NCBI GenBank assembly: GCA_963926475.1
Contig: CAWUXE010000001.1
Span: 24,820-88,819 of the forward strand
Length of the DNA: 64,000 nucleotides
DNA from: an uncultured Flavobacteriales bacterium
GTDB lineage: Bacteria; Bacteroidota; Bacteroidia; Flavobacteriales_D; Crocinitomicaceae
Direction: 5' to 3'
Shown: positions 50,716 through 61,467 of the stretch, in pieces
Numbering within the stretch: the stretch's first letter is position 1
Layout: every line of letters begins with the position of its first letter
Made by a program: the position numbers and the translations under genes
Notes under the pieces: generated by a model
Seen by the model: the letters and a program-made list of their open reading frames with translations, nothing else
Told to the model about the DNA's origin: nothing
Databases searched by the model: none

Positions 50716-51132
50716 TTAATCTACTCTTATCGTAAACGGCTTTCTTTCCACCTTTTGAGCGTCCCCGCTTCCTGTAATTCTTGTTCTCGGTCTTTTTGAA
50801 AAGCCAGGAGTTTCTCTTTTTTGATATCCACCTTCACGTTGGAAAGATTTTTTCTCAGGAGCAGCAGGCTTTGGAGCCGGACGATTTCCTTTGGGTGAAG
50901 CAATTTTCACATCCAAAGATCGACCATTCACTTCCAATCCTTTAAGGGCTTGAATTGCGGAGATTGCTTCATCAGCATCATCCATTTCAGCATAACCGTA
51001 GCCTTTTGATTTTTTAGTTTCCCGATCATAAACGACATGCGCATATGAAACTGTTCCAAAAGCAGAAAAAGTAGCTTTCAAATCTTCAGAGGTAATTTCC
51101 CAATCGAGATTTGCGATAAAAATATTTGTCAT
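50716..51132 (-). CDS. RRM-type RNA-binding protein with basic C-terminal tail
   Basis: RNP2 IFIANL and RNP1 KGYGYAEM motifs. Confidence 0.85.
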   Translation of the reverse strand: MTNIFIANLDWEITSEDLKATFSAFGTVSYAHVVYDRETKKSKGYGYAEMDDADEAISAIQALKGLEVNGRSLDVKIASPKGNRPAPKPAAPEKKSFQREGGYQKRETPGFSKRPRTRITGSGDAQKVERKPFTIRVD

Positions 51133-51253
51133 AACTATCTAAGTGCACAAGGCGTGACCTATCCTTGCTATTTAAAGGAAATACCAAATCGCGGCTCATC
51201 GATCACTAGAATCACCGAGAGAATAATTTGGCGGAGTATTAATTATTAGCAGA

Positions 51254-52228
51254 CTATTTTAATGTAAAGCTATCTTTTCCAGCCAATTGACCATCAACAT
51301 AAATATTCACCTTATAATTTCCTTTTGATGCATCAGCCCCTTTCAAATCATAGAAAATGGACAAATCAACGCTCTCGTTATTGTAGTCGATATCTTTTTT
51401 ATCAGAATAAGCGATAGTACCAATGTCCGTTTTCACAAAATCTGAACTGCGAGATTGAAGCGTTTTTCCTGATGGGTCGATAATTTGCATATACACTGAC
51501 TTTCTTCCAGCTGGCGTGATTGGGTTTTTTGAAATGGTGAATGTCGATACAATTTGCATTGTATTTCTTGCCTTATTCGTTTCTTCCGTTGTGTTATTCA
51601 ACTTCATTCTCAATCCTGTTGAAGTGAAACTAAATGCTTGCAACTTAGAACCTTTCTTCACTTGTTCAGCGCTCAAAGCAGCATCTTGTTTAAACTGATC
51701 TCTTTCTGAAGCTGTTTGGTTCAACCTCGTTGTTGTTGTATCAAGGCGTGTATTCAAATTTAAATTCAAGGTATTTAAAGAGTCAATTTGCATGACGTAA
51801 CCTTTCATGATACCACGCAAAGTTTCGTTCTCTCGTCTCATGGCAAACAATTGTGAAGCCGTCAATTTGTTTGATTTTTGCAGTGAACTCATTTGAGATA
51901 TCAACTCTTGAATTTTTTCTTTCTGAACATTCAAACTATCTGCTTTCGATGCGTCCTTGTCTATTAAGGCGTCATAAGTTTCAAGCATATTTTGGAAATC
52001 CTTTCTTAGGTCACTTGACATGTTATCTACATATCCAGCCATCATTTGGTTCATCCCATCTTGATCGGCCAACAATTCTTTGGTTTGATTTTGGCAATCA
52101 TTCAACTGAGAATTTTTCGAAGACCAAAGCCATGCAAAAAAGCCCACAGCAATGAGCAAGAGTAATATTGCGGCAATAAAACCACCATTATTTTTTTTGA
52201 TTTCGTGTGTAGAGTTTATTTCTGTCAT
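51254..52228 (-). CDS. Hypothetical membrane-anchored coiled-coil protein
   Basis: Single N-terminal TM (GGFIAAILLLLIAVGFFAWLW), a long heptad-rich region and a beta-rich C-terminus. No family recognised. Confidence 0.5.
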   Translation of the reverse strand: MTEINSTHEIKKNNGGFIAAILLLLIAVGFFAWLWSSKNSQLNDCQNQTKELLADQDGMNQMMAGYVDNMSSDLRKDFQNMLETYDALIDKDASKADSLNVQKEKIQELISQMSSLQKSNKLTASQLFAMRRENETLRGIMKGYVMQIDSLNTLNLNLNTRLDTTTTRLNQTASERDQFKQDAALSAEQVKKGSKLQAFSFTSTGLRMKLNNTTEETNKARNTMQIVSTFTISKNPITPAGRKSVYMQIIDPSGKTLQSRSSDFVKTDIGTIAYSDKKDIDYNNESVDLSIFYDLKGADASKGNYKVNIYVDGQLAGKDSFTLK

Positions 52229-52377
52229 GACCTAATAGTTTCATTGTTGTAATGGGTAAACGGTTGTTTCTATCAAAGTGGCATATCTAAATTACAAAAG
52301 ATTATTAATCTCTCGGCAAATTTATTGATGTTTTTAACATGGAAGTTAAAAAAACAGTGCGAAATGTTGAATGAAAC

Positions 52378-52629
52378 TTAAACAGCTTCAATTGAAAAAG
52401 TAAAACTTTCCATTATCGCATTTGCAAGCAATTTTTTACAAGCTTCGGTTACTTTTTCGCTAGCTGCACTTTCATTTTCCGCTTCTACATGTAAACGAAT
52501 ATGACGACCGATTCTGACTTCAGAAATTTCTGGCATCCCTACTGTTTTCATGCTGTTACTAACTGCTTTTCCTTGCGGATCGAGCAGTGCATCCAATGGC
52601 ATTACGTCTATTTCTGCTTTAAACTTCAT
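52378..52629 (-). CDS. purS: Phosphoribosylformylglycinamidine synthase subunit PurS
   Basis: MKFKAEIDVMPLDALLDPQGKAV. 83 aa. Internal ATG chosen over the listed longer ORF. Confidence 0.85.
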   Translation of the reverse strand: MKFKAEIDVMPLDALLDPQGKAVSNSMKTVGMPEISEVRIGRHIRLHVEAENESAASEKVTEACKKLLANAIMESFTFSIEAV

Positions 52630-53470
52630 TCCTTTTTTTGGTTTTATTTTTCGGTTTCCTACTAATAATTGAGAAAACTGGATACAAAAATACAATTAAT
52701 GCGATTGCCCAAACCTTTGTCGTTAGAATTAATATTAACGAAACTGTTAGAAATATATATCGCACCTCGTTTTCTTTCCATTTGAAATTTTTAAATTTTA
52801 ATGAAAATAAAGGGATTTCTGATACCAAACTTAAGGACATCAGAACAACTAGGGAGCAAACAAAAATGGGCTGAAATATTTTTTCAGGAAAATAAGGTGG
52901 AAATCCTTCTGTTGAAAAATACCACCACAAAGCCAGTGGAAACGACGTGAAAAATAAGGTAACAGCAGGAGTCGGCATCCCGATGAACGATTCACTTTGT
53001 CTGGTGTCAATATTAAATTTTGCCAATCTGAACAAGGAAAAAACAGGGATCATCAAGCCAAGAAAAGGCAAATATTTGTAGATTCCTTCGAATTGTATGG
53101 AAGAATCATGGAACAAGCCTAATTTCCATTTTTCCAATACATAATCAGCATATTCTGAAACATTCGCTCCTTCTGGGTATGAACCCATTTCAATGGAAAT
53201 AGCAATAATCACCATCATTATAATTCCAGGCGCAACACCAAAGGTGATCATATCTGCCAAAGAATCCATTTGCTTACCCAATTCTGAATATTGTTTGGTT
53301 AGCCGAGCGGCAAATCCATCTAAAAAATCGAAAATTGCCCCTAAAAAAATAAACCAGGGCGCCCATTCAAAACGGCCCATAAAAACGCACAGTATACTGA
53401 GAATACCGCTGAGCATATTACCTGCTGTTAATAAATTAGGAAGATTGAAGAGTTTTACATCGGGTTTCAT
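52619..53470 (-). CDS. pssA: CDP-diacylglycerol--serine O-phosphatidyltransferase
   Basis: CDP-alcohol phosphatidyltransferase motif DFLDGFAARL........G...DSLAD. Confidence 0.85.
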   Translation of the reverse strand: MKPDVKLFNLPNLLTAGNMLSGILSILCVFMGRFEWAPWFIFLGAIFDFLDGFAARLTKQYSELGKQMDSLADMITFGVAPGIIMMVIIAISIEMGSYPEGANVSEYADYVLEKWKLGLFHDSSIQFEGIYKYLPFLGLMIPVFSLFRLAKFNIDTRQSESFIGMPTPAVTLFFTSFPLALWWYFSTEGFPPYFPEKIFQPIFVCSLVVLMSLSLVSEIPLFSLKFKNFKWKENEVRYIFLTVSLILILTTKVWAIALIVFLYPVFSIISRKPKNKTKKRNEV

Positions 53471-53581
53471 ACTGCGAAATAAGTCAAAAAGAACTAAATT
53501 TACCTTATAAATACGTTGAGACTTTTTTCAACATACAATTTTACAACCGATAATGCGTTGATTAGACAAGTTTTTAAATCT

Positions 53582-54697
53582 ATGCAAAAGGCCAATACTT
53601 CAATACTTTTTTTTAGCCTAATCGTGGCTTCTTACGTAACTTTTGGACAAGGCGATCTAGCTCCTAAATACTCGAATGAATTTTTAAATATCGGGGTAGG
53701 CGCAGAAGCATTAGGCATGGGGAACGCCGTTGTGGCGAATACCGGGTCCGTGAATTCAAGTTTTTGGAATCCTGCCGGATTAACAAAGGTAGACACATGG
53801 CTTGAGGCATCGTTAATGCATAGCGAATATTTTGCTGGTATTGCTAAGTACGATTATCTCGGACTGGCGCATTCCATTGACGATAAAAGTACTATTGGAT
53901 TTTCTGCTATCCGATTTGCCGTAGACGACATTCCAAATACAACCCAACTCATTGACAACAACGGAAATATCGACTATGATCGAATTTCTGTTTTCACAGC
54001 GGCCGATTATGGTTTCCTTTTTTCTTATGCTCGAAAATTAAATATTCCGAATTTAAGCGTTGGTGGAAACTTTAAATTAGTTCACCGGAAAGTAGGGGAT
54101 TTTGCAAAATCTTGGGGATTTGGCTTAGACGCTGGTGCACAATATACTTTGAAAGATAAATGGAAATTTGGAGCCGTCCTGCGCGATGCGACCTCAACTT
54201 TCAATGCTTGGATATTCACCTTAGACGAAACAACAAAAGAAGTTTTCCTTCAAACGGGTAATGAAATTCCTGAAAATGGACTCGAGTTAACTTTACCTAG
54301 ACTCTTGTTGGGAGCGTTTCGTGAATTTGACTTAGGAGAAAAAGGACTGACTTTGGGAACCGAGTTGAACACGTCCATAACAACAGATGGTAAACGAAAC
54401 GCAATTATTAAATCAAACTTCGCCTCCATTGATCCTAGTTTTGGATTCAGTTTGAATTACAAGACTTATATTTCAGTTCGCGGAGGTGTAAATAATTTTC
54501 AATACGTTAAAAACTTCGACGACTCAGAGAAATTGAACTTCCAACCGACAATCGGACTTGGTGTAAATATCAAAGGATTTAGTTTGGATTATGCCTTCAC
54601 AGACATTGGAGATGCATCCGTTGCTCTCTATTCTCACGTAATATCATTGAGATTAAAACTTAACAAACCAGACAACGCAAAACCAAAGGAAGAATAG
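53582..54697 (+). CDS. PorV/PorQ-family outer-membrane beta-barrel (second PorV-like paralog in window)
   Basis: Signal peptide, then FLNIGVGAEALGMGNAVVANTGSVNSSFWNPAGL, the PorV/PorQ N-terminal pattern. About 370 aa. Confidence 0.6.
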   Translation: MQKANTSILFFSLIVASYVTFGQGDLAPKYSNEFLNIGVGAEALGMGNAVVANTGSVNSSFWNPAGLTKVDTWLEASLMHSEYFAGIAKYDYLGLAHSIDDKSTIGFSAIRFAVDDIPNTTQLIDNNGNIDYDRISVFTAADYGFLFSYARKLNIPNLSVGGNFKLVHRKVGDFAKSWGFGLDAGAQYTLKDKWKFGAVLRDATSTFNAWIFTLDETTKEVFLQTGNEIPENGLELTLPRLLLGAFREFDLGEKGLTLGTELNTSITTDGKRNAIIKSNFASIDPSFGFSLNYKTYISVRGGVNNFQYVKNFDDSEKLNFQPTIGLGVNIKGFSLDYAFTDIGDASVALYSHVISLRLKLNKPDNAKPKEE

Positions 54698-54700
54698 CTT

Positions 54701-55225
54701 ATGCTAAAACCGTTATTCCAACTCTTTGTTTTCCTGCTTTTTTTTTGCAATTCTACCGTTACCCAAACTTTTGGTAACGAATAGATAGATTATTCCCAAA
54801 CCTATTACAAATTTCAAGTACTTCAAACTGGAATATACAAACTGAATTATTCTGATTTACAGACCGCTTCTGTTCCCACGACGACCTTTTCGTCAGATAA
54901 CATTCAGCTCTTTGGTCGAGAAAAAGAATTACCCTTACATATTGTTGATAGTGGTGATAACTCCATAGATTCTGGCGACTACATCTTGTTTTATACCGAA
55001 AGAAATGATGGCTGGCTGGACTCAACCTTATATCCCGATCCGGACAAAATTGCCAATCAGAAGTATTCGCTATACAATGATACTATTTACTATTTCTTCA
55101 CGTGGAATAATTTGACGAACAACAAGCGTTTTGCCGCAGAGACCGACACCAATTTTAGTACCTATACGCCTACCCCTTTTGTTATTTGGAATCATGAAGG
55201 AGTTTGGGGAAATGTATTTACTTAG
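54701..55225 (+). pseudogene. N-terminal remnant (about 175 codons) of a C25/PorU-like T9SS sortase-family gene, with in-frame TAG at 54782-54784
   Basis: MLKPLFQLFVFLLFFC...FGNE[TAG]IDYSQTYYKFQVLQTGIYKLNYSDL...IQLFG. The stop replaces the Trp of the GNEWI.Y motif as I recall it. The frame ends at 55225, far short of the more than 1000 aa expected. Confidence 0.55.
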
Positions 55226-55261
55226 ATAATTCTATTTTAGTGTTTTGCACTATCTTGCACC

Positions 55262-56884
55262 ATGAAATTAACCATGACAAATACTATCAAGAAATCTTTC
55301 TGGTCCACCAATAAAGCAGACCTGATTTTTCTATTGCTATTCGCAATAATTGCCGTTCTTTTCTACGATTCGTTTTTAACCAAGGGTCCGTTCAACAATC
55401 ACGCTTGGCGTCAAACCGACTGTCTTTCCTTGGCTCATTTCTATAAAGAAGGTACTTCTTTTTTCAGTCCGGAAATGCACAATCAACTAGCAGATGGGCT
55501 GACAACGGGTAAATCAGCTGGTGAATTTCCAATCTTGTATTATATTGTTGGGAAAGCTTGGAGTTTAACTGGAGAGTCGTATTTGACCTATCGTTTGATT
55601 TGGTTGGTCATCATGTTCTCAGGAATATTTGCATTTTATAAAGCTTTGAGACTCCTCTGGGGCGATTGGTTTTGGTCGATGTCTTTGCCTCTACTTCTCT
55701 TCTGTTCACCCTTATTTGTTGCTTATGGCGTTAGTTTCTTGACCGATGCACCAGCGTTTTGTTTTGCACTAATCTCCGGATACTTTCTCGTTCGCTATTA
55801 TCGATTTAAAAAGTGGAAACATTTCATCTGGTTTGTGTTCTTTTTCACCTTGGTGGGTTGGTTGAAAATTTCAAGTCTAATCGGTATCATTTTCATTTGT
55901 GGAATTTATATTTTCGAAATGATTCCGCCTATTCGTTCTCAACTAAAAACCAAATTATTTGATGGGAAATGGAAAGAAGGACTTGGTCTTCTCATTGGCT
56001 TTCTTTTGATATTTGCTTGGTATTACTTCGCCGGTCAGTACAACCACAAACACGGTTATCATTACACCTTCAATAATATTTTTCCCTTCAGTTTAATGTC
56101 GAATCAAGACATAGCCGACATGAAATTGGTCATCTGGGAATTAACGTCTTACCAATTTTTTGGCCAATCAATTCTCGTACTCCTTGCTCTGGTTGGCATC
56201 ACTAATCTTTTCCTCTGGAAGAAAATGAGTTTAACGGCCTATTTGTCGACACCAATTATCTTAATCGGATGTTGCGTTTACTTTTATTTATGGGCGCCTT
56301 TGCTCGGTTTACACGATTATTATTGGATAGCCTTACTCATCATTATGTTGGCTATTTTGATTCCATTCATCAATGTTTTAAGTGTTCATTACACCAAGAT
56401 TTTTAGCCATTGGATACTAAAAAGTGTATTTACCCTTTTCTTGGTATACAATCTTATCGATTCCTATCACATCACGAAGTTCAGAACGCTAGCAAGAAAT
56501 GGCGATCAAGTCAAAGCGATTAACGAAATTTTATTTATAAAAATGGAAGTGCTGAATGGCGCTTATGCTCATATCATTGATTTCGAAGACCTACAACCGA
56601 TGATGCGGGCAAAAGGAATTTCACCGAATGATAAAGTGATTTCAATTCCTGATCCTTCGTTCAGTATTTCTTTGTATTTGATGAATCAAAAAGGATGGAC
56701 GGCTAGTCGTGGATTTGAAGACGAAGGGTATCTCGCTCACTTAATTAGAGATAAAGGCGCGAAATATTTCGTCATCAACAATTCAGAAGTAATTAAAAAT
56801 GAATTTATTGCATCCTTATTGGGAGAACGAATTTTAAAACATCACGAAGTTGAAGTCTTCAAGACTAAAGTTCCTTTGGATTAA
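55262..56884 (+). CDS. Polytopic membrane protein, ArnT/GT39-like glycosyltransferase fold suspected
   Basis: About 12 hydrophobic helices followed by a soluble C-terminal domain of about 130 aa. No catalytic motif verified. Confidence 0.5.
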   Translation: MKLTMTNTIKKSFWSTNKADLIFLLLFAIIAVLFYDSFLTKGPFNNHAWRQTDCLSLAHFYKEGTSFFSPEMHNQLADGLTTGKSAGEFPILYYIVGKAWSLTGESYLTYRLIWLVIMFSGIFAFYKALRLLWGDWFWSMSLPLLLFCSPLFVAYGVSFLTDAPAFCFALISGYFLVRYYRFKKWKHFIWFVFFFTLVGWLKISSLIGIIFICGIYIFEMIPPIRSQLKTKLFDGKWKEGLGLLIGFLLIFAWYYFAGQYNHKHGYHYTFNNIFPFSLMSNQDIADMKLVIWELTSYQFFGQSILVLLALVGITNLFLWKKMSLTAYLSTPIILIGCCVYFYLWAPLLGLHDYYWIALLIIMLAILIPFINVLSVHYTKIFSHWILKSVFTLFLVYNLIDSYHITKFRTLARNGDQVKAINEILFIKMEVLNGAYAHIIDFEDLQPMMRAKGISPNDKVISIPDPSFSISLYLMNQKGWTASRGFEDEGYLAHLIRDKGAKYFVINNSEVIKNEFIASLLGERILKHHEVEVFKTKVPLD

Positions 56885-56991
56885 TACTCCAATTTTTGTG
56901 AGTCGTTGAACCAATCTACTTCTGTTGGCATTTGCCCTTGGCTAGGGTCATATGCTGCTGACAACTGAATTTTAAATGCGTTTACTTTCAC

Positions 56992-57210
56992 CTAGTATAT
57001 AATCCATAGAATAAAAGCGACAATAACAACAAATACTCCAAGCAAAGGAATGATTCCACAAACTGAACAAATACAATACGCAATCCCAAAATCATAAGTT
57101 GGACGACTCTGGTTGACGTTTATATTTCTCATTTTGAATTCAGCTGCAAGCGAATCAGCGATTCTATTTACAACAATGAATTGCCAAACAATATTGAACA
57201 AAGGAATCAA
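56992..57210 (-). CDS. Small (72-aa) two-TM membrane protein; possibly N-terminally disrupted
   Basis: ORF starts at TTG. An ATG at 57237 lies in the same frame but is separated by TAG at 57217-57219. Confidence 0.35.
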   Translation of the reverse strand: MIPLFNIVWQFIVVNRIADSLAAEFKMRNINVNQSRPTYDFGIAYCICSVCGIIPLLGVFVVIVAFILWIIY

Positions 57211-57475
57211 TAAAATCTAAGTTTCTAAAGGCTTCATTTTTCGATTTTCAGCACTGACTTTAAGCAAAGTATTTTATAATGTCAAAATAAAGAAAATGTA
57301 AGGAATCATCGCAATGGGTTAGGCTATAGCAAAAATCATGATAAATGCTACCGCTTCTCGAGGGCCCATAAGTATTAATTTATTGTCAGATTAATAAACG
57401 AATAAAATATGAACCTTTTACATTCCGAACTTAGAATTCTGTTTTTAACTACCGCTTTTCCAGAGGAGAAGATGC

Positions 57476-58360
57476 CTAAACACCAATTGTTTCGCCCATT
57501 TTCACATACGTTTCCATGCCATCTTTGGTGTTGCGAAGGATATCCGACGACCACGACACTTTTCCTTTTTCCAACAATAAAACAACTGTAGAACCGCCAA
57601 AGGCAAAATATCCTTTTTCGGCTCCTTTATTGTGAAACTCGCCTTGTTGAAAGGTGTTTAGGATACTTCCTGTTAGCGTCGCTCCAACGTCACAGTATAA
57701 AACTTTGCCAAATTGTTCAGAATCTTGAATGCAATATGCACGTTGATTCTCAAGAAATATCTGTAAACTTTTCCGCAAAGCAAAAGGTGAAACAGAATAA
57801 TAATTTGCTGTAATCACTCTGTTGTTACTTACTGTTCCATCACACGGAAAATGGTAACGATGGTAATCGACAGGTGCCAGACGAACAATCAACATGGATC
57901 CACCTTCAAAATTGTGTGCCAAGGAATCGTTTTGTAAGAAACTGTGTAAGTTGAATTTCTTTCCTTTGACGAAAAAATCTTGTGCATTATCAATATTTTG
58001 AAAGGCCAAAACTCTCCCATCTGCCGGACAAACCAAGCCATCTCCAATTGGACGATATTCAGGTAAAATCTTTCTATAAAAGAAGTCATTGAAACTTTTG
58101 AATCCACCATAGGGAATAACATAGGGTGACATATTGATTTCGTACTTTTCAATAAAAGGTTGGACCTTGCTTTTTGAAAGAGTCGAAGACATGTATTTTC
58201 CAAAAATAACCGAGAAGAATTTTCGTTTAACGAGCAACCAGAGACTCAGCTTCCCCAATATGTTTCCGCCATATAGAAAACTCAAAAAACCACTACCAGG
58301 CGTTGCTTCAGTAAGAATATTCCCCTGGCGGTCTTTGAATTGAATAGGTTGATCTGACAT
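57476..58360 (-). CDS. psd: Phosphatidylserine decarboxylase proenzyme
   Basis: FAFGGSTVVLL self-cleavage G-S-T motif near the C-terminus and YHRYHFP. Confidence 0.85.
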   Translation of the reverse strand: MSDQPIQFKDRQGNILTEATPGSGFLSFLYGGNILGKLSLWLLVKRKFFSVIFGKYMSSTLSKSKVQPFIEKYEINMSPYVIPYGGFKSFNDFFYRKILPEYRPIGDGLVCPADGRVLAFQNIDNAQDFFVKGKKFNLHSFLQNDSLAHNFEGGSMLIVRLAPVDYHRYHFPCDGTVSNNRVITANYYSVSPFALRKSLQIFLENQRAYCIQDSEQFGKVLYCDVGATLTGSILNTFQQGEFHNKGAEKGYFAFGGSTVVLLLEKGKVSWSSDILRNTKDGMETYVKMGETIGV

Positions 58361-58363
58361 GAA

Positions 58364-59371
58364 TTAGACGAAAAGTTTTTTATCCAAATTGAGCCATTCC
58401 AAAGTTGAAGTAGAGAAAATATTGGCCTTCGTTTCAGCCGACAAATCACTGTCTTCGATAAACTTACCAATTTCCAAATCACCCAAAGGGAAAGGGTAAT
58501 CACTTCCTAAACAGACTCTTTTGCTGCCTTGTAAATTCAAAATATACTTTAATGCGTCGATGTCGTGCGTAATGCAATCCACCCAAAATTTTCCTAAATA
58601 TTCTCGAGGATTGATTGGGTTATCAATTGCCACTAAATCGGGACGACAGTTGAATCCATGTTCTATTCGCCCCAAAGTAGGCAAAAACGAACCGCCTGCA
58701 TGAGAAAAACAAACCCGAAGATTTGGAAGTCTTTCAAGCACACCTCCAAAAATCAATGAACATGCTGCTCTCGATGTTTCAGCCGGCATTCCAACCAACC
58801 ATGGCAACCAATATTTTTCCATGGAATCAAATCCCATCATTTGCCAAGGATGAATCATAACGGCCATTCCCAAACGTTCACACGCTTCAAAAATGGGGAA
58901 AAACTCATCTTCAGAAAGGTTTTTATCGTTGATGTTTGAACCAATTTGAATACCGACCATTCCAATTTCCTTTGCACGTTCCAATTCTCTAATTGCAGCA
59001 TACTGGTCTTGCATTGGTATAGTCGCCAATCCAATATAATTTTTCGGATAACGATGAACTAAGTCGGCGATATGATCATTCAAATATCTGGACAACTCAA
59101 CGCAATCTTCCGTTTTCGCCCAATAACTGAACATTACGGGAATCGTACAAACCACTTGAGTTTGCGTTTCGAAATTTTGATAATCGGTGATTCGCACATC
59201 TTCATCCCAACAATTTTCTTCGATACGACGAAAGAATTTACCTCCTTGCATCATATCTGCGGTGCCATTGTCGTTGTGCTCTAAAAAAATGAATTTCCCA
59301 TAGCCGAATTTTTCTGTCCAATTGGGCAAATGTTTCGGGATAATGTGGGTGTGCATGTCTATTTTGAGCAT
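58364..59371 (-). CDS. Amidohydrolase-2 family metal-dependent decarboxylase (ACMSD-like)
   Basis: IDMHTHIIP HxH metal motif, MIHPW, FSHAGG, GSDYPFPLG blocks. Confidence 0.75.
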   Translation of the reverse strand: MLKIDMHTHIIPKHLPNWTEKFGYGKFIFLEHNDNGTADMMQGGKFFRRIEENCWDEDVRITDYQNFETQTQVVCTIPVMFSYWAKTEDCVELSRYLNDHIADLVHRYPKNYIGLATIPMQDQYAAIRELERAKEIGMVGIQIGSNINDKNLSEDEFFPIFEACERLGMAVMIHPWQMMGFDSMEKYWLPWLVGMPAETSRAACSLIFGGVLERLPNLRVCFSHAGGSFLPTLGRIEHGFNCRPDLVAIDNPINPREYLGKFWVDCITHDIDALKYILNLQGSKRVCLGSDYPFPLGDLEIGKFIEDSDLSAETKANIFSTSTLEWLNLDKKLFV

Positions 59372-59465
59372 CTATATGGGTTTTGCACCAAAGATAATAT
59401 TTTATGATTCGAGTCATACTTTCGAACCATAACTTTACAGGAAATCAGAGTGAAAAACTAGAAAT

Positions 59466-59972
59466 CTAGTTCATCCATTTCAAATTCCGGGCATACAATG
59501 CAATAAACAGAGCCGAAAAGATTATTCCAAACCAAGTCAGAATACTCGGGATTTCGCTGGCTGAAAAGAACAGATAAATTTGACCGATGGTGAAAATGGA
59601 GTAAATGATATAAATGTGAAAACCTAATTTTCGTCCTAAGAACATCAAGCTCACGCCAGCAAATCCTATCAACAAACCTAGTAAGGTCAATGGAAGAGCT
59701 ACATAATGTTGTTCATTCAGGATTTCTTGCATGTTTTGAATTTTATCAAAAATATCGGCGAAGCTTTCTTGACCTCCATTTCTTAATTCAACGGCTGCAC
59801 CTTTCAAGTCGGCTTGATTTGCCCGAATTTGTTCCTTTGTAACAGGTCCAGTAATTAACCGAAACAAGGAAATAATAAAGCTAAATCCAATGTTCACCCA
59901 ACTCAAAATACAAATAACGAGTAGCATGACCGGGCGGTCTTCATTGCTCTTTAAATTCACTTTAAAATCCAT
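59466..59972 (-). CDS. Hypothetical four-TM membrane protein
   Basis: Hydrophobic helices flanking an amphipathic central region. No family recognised. Confidence 0.45.
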   Translation of the reverse strand: MDFKVNLKSNEDRPVMLLVICILSWVNIGFSFIISLFRLITGPVTKEQIRANQADLKGAAVELRNGGQESFADIFDKIQNMQEILNEQHYVALPLTLLGLLIGFAGVSLMFLGRKLGFHIYIIYSIFTIGQIYLFFSASEIPSILTWFGIIFSALFIALYARNLKWMN

Positions 59973-59973
59973 A

Positions 59974-61467
59974 CTATTTCCAATCTTTTACAAATCTAAT
60001 ACTTTCTGACATTAGCTCATGAAGATATACATCCGATTTAACAAAAGATACCTTTTTGCGATAAGCTTTGTGAACGGTCTCGATAAATGGACTACTTAAA
60101 AGTGGCCGTCGAAAATCCAATGCCTGAGCAGCATTTAATAATTCAATACCTTGTATTGAATAACAATTCTCAATCACACGATACAATTTCGTCGCAGCAT
60201 TTGCACCCATACTCACATGATCTTCTTGACCGTTTGAGGAATCTATGGTGTCTATTGATGCAGGCGAACACAACTGTTTGTTCTGTGAAACAACAGATGC
60301 GGCCGTATACTGGGGGATCATGAATCCTGAATTGATACCTGGATCAGCAACTAAGAATGCAGGCAAACCTCTTGTGCCAGAGATTAGTTTATACGTTCTT
60401 CGTTCAGAAATACTTCCCATTTCCGCCATAGCAATCGCCAAGAAATCCATTGCTAAAGCCAAAGGTTGACCGTGAAAATTTCCAGCTGAAACGACATCAT
60501 CATCATCTGGGAAAATAGTTGGATTGTCAGTAACGGCATTGATTTCTCGTTCAAAAATTGTAGCGCAATAATTTATCGTATCTCTACTAGCCCCATGAAC
60601 CTGAGGAATACAACGGAGAGAATACGGATCTTGCACATGCTCTTTCTTGCGCGAAATAATCTTGCTTCCGGTTAAAAGTTGACGAAAAATGGCCGCCGTT
60701 TCTTTCTGACCTTCTTGGTGACGAATGTCATGTACATTTGCCTGAAAAGCGTTCAATCGACCGTCGTATCCTTCTAAAGACATAGCACCCACAACATTGA
60801 ATTGATTCCATAATTTTCGACTGTGTGCCACGGAATAACTTCCAAATGCACTCATGAATTGAGTACCATTCAATAAAGCAATCCCTTCTTTCGATTGCAA
60901 AACGATAGGTTTCATTTTAAATTTCTTGCACATTTCTTTTCCAGACATGCGCTTATCACCCACCCAAACTTCGCCTTCGCCAATCAAAGCCAAACTCATG
61001 TGTGCCAGCGGAGCTAAATCGCCAGATGCACCTAGACTTCCTTGTGAATATATAATTGGTGTAATGTCGTTATTGTAAAAGAAAATCAGCCGTTCAACTG
61101 TATCGACTTGAACTCCAGAATGTCCTTTTGACAAACCTAGTATCTTAAGTAGAATAATGCGTTTGACGATTTCTCTTGAAATTTCTTCACCCGTCCCACA
61201 TGCATGAGAGCGAACCAAGTTGACTTGCAAAGTTTCCAATTCATCATTGGAAATAACGGTATTGCAAAGCGATCCGAAACCGGTGTTGATACCATAAATA
61301 ATGTCTTTTCCTTTGGCCATTTTTTTGTCCAAATAATCGCGACATTTTTGAATACTGGTCGTTGCTTTGGCTCCTAATTTCAGCTTTACGCCACTTGCAA
61401 TAATTACTTCTAATTGATCTAAAGTCAGCCAATCATGACCAATTTCAACCGTTTTTATTTCGCCCAT
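59974..61467 (-). CDS. hutH: Histidine ammonia-lyase
   Basis: MIO-forming [14 protein letters not shown] motif. 497 aa. Confidence 0.95.
   Translation of the reverse strand: MGEIKTVEIGHDWLTLDQLEVIIASGVKLKLGAKATTSIQKCRDYLDKKMAKGKDIIYGINTGFGSLCNTVISNDELETLQVNLVRSHACGTGEEISREIVKRIILLKILGLSKGHSGVQVDTVERLIFFYNNDITPIIYSQGSLGASGDLAPLAHMSLALIGEGEVWVGDKRMSGKEMCKKFKMKPIVLQSKEGIALLNGTQFMSAFGSYSVAHSRKLWNQFNVVGAMSLEGYDGRLNAFQANVHDIRHQEGQKETAAIFRQLLTGSKIISRKKEHVQDPYSLRCIPQVHGASRDTINYCATIFEREINAVTDNPTIFPDDDDVVSAGNFHGQPLALAMDFLAIAMAEMGSISERRTYKLISGTRGLPAFLVADPGINSGFMIPQYTAASVVSQNKQLCSPASIDTIDSSNGQEDHVSMGANAATKLYRVIENCYSIQGIELLNAAQALDFRRPLLSSPFIETVHKAYRKKVSFVKSDVYLHELMSESIRFVKDWK

Noticed and set aside
58364-59371. 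ACMSD-like amidohydrolase together with nadC as evidence for a kynurenine-type NAD pathway cluster
   Set aside because: The two genes are 23 kb apart and on separate transcription units. No other kynurenine-pathway genes are in the window, and Amidohydrolase-2 members have many substrates.
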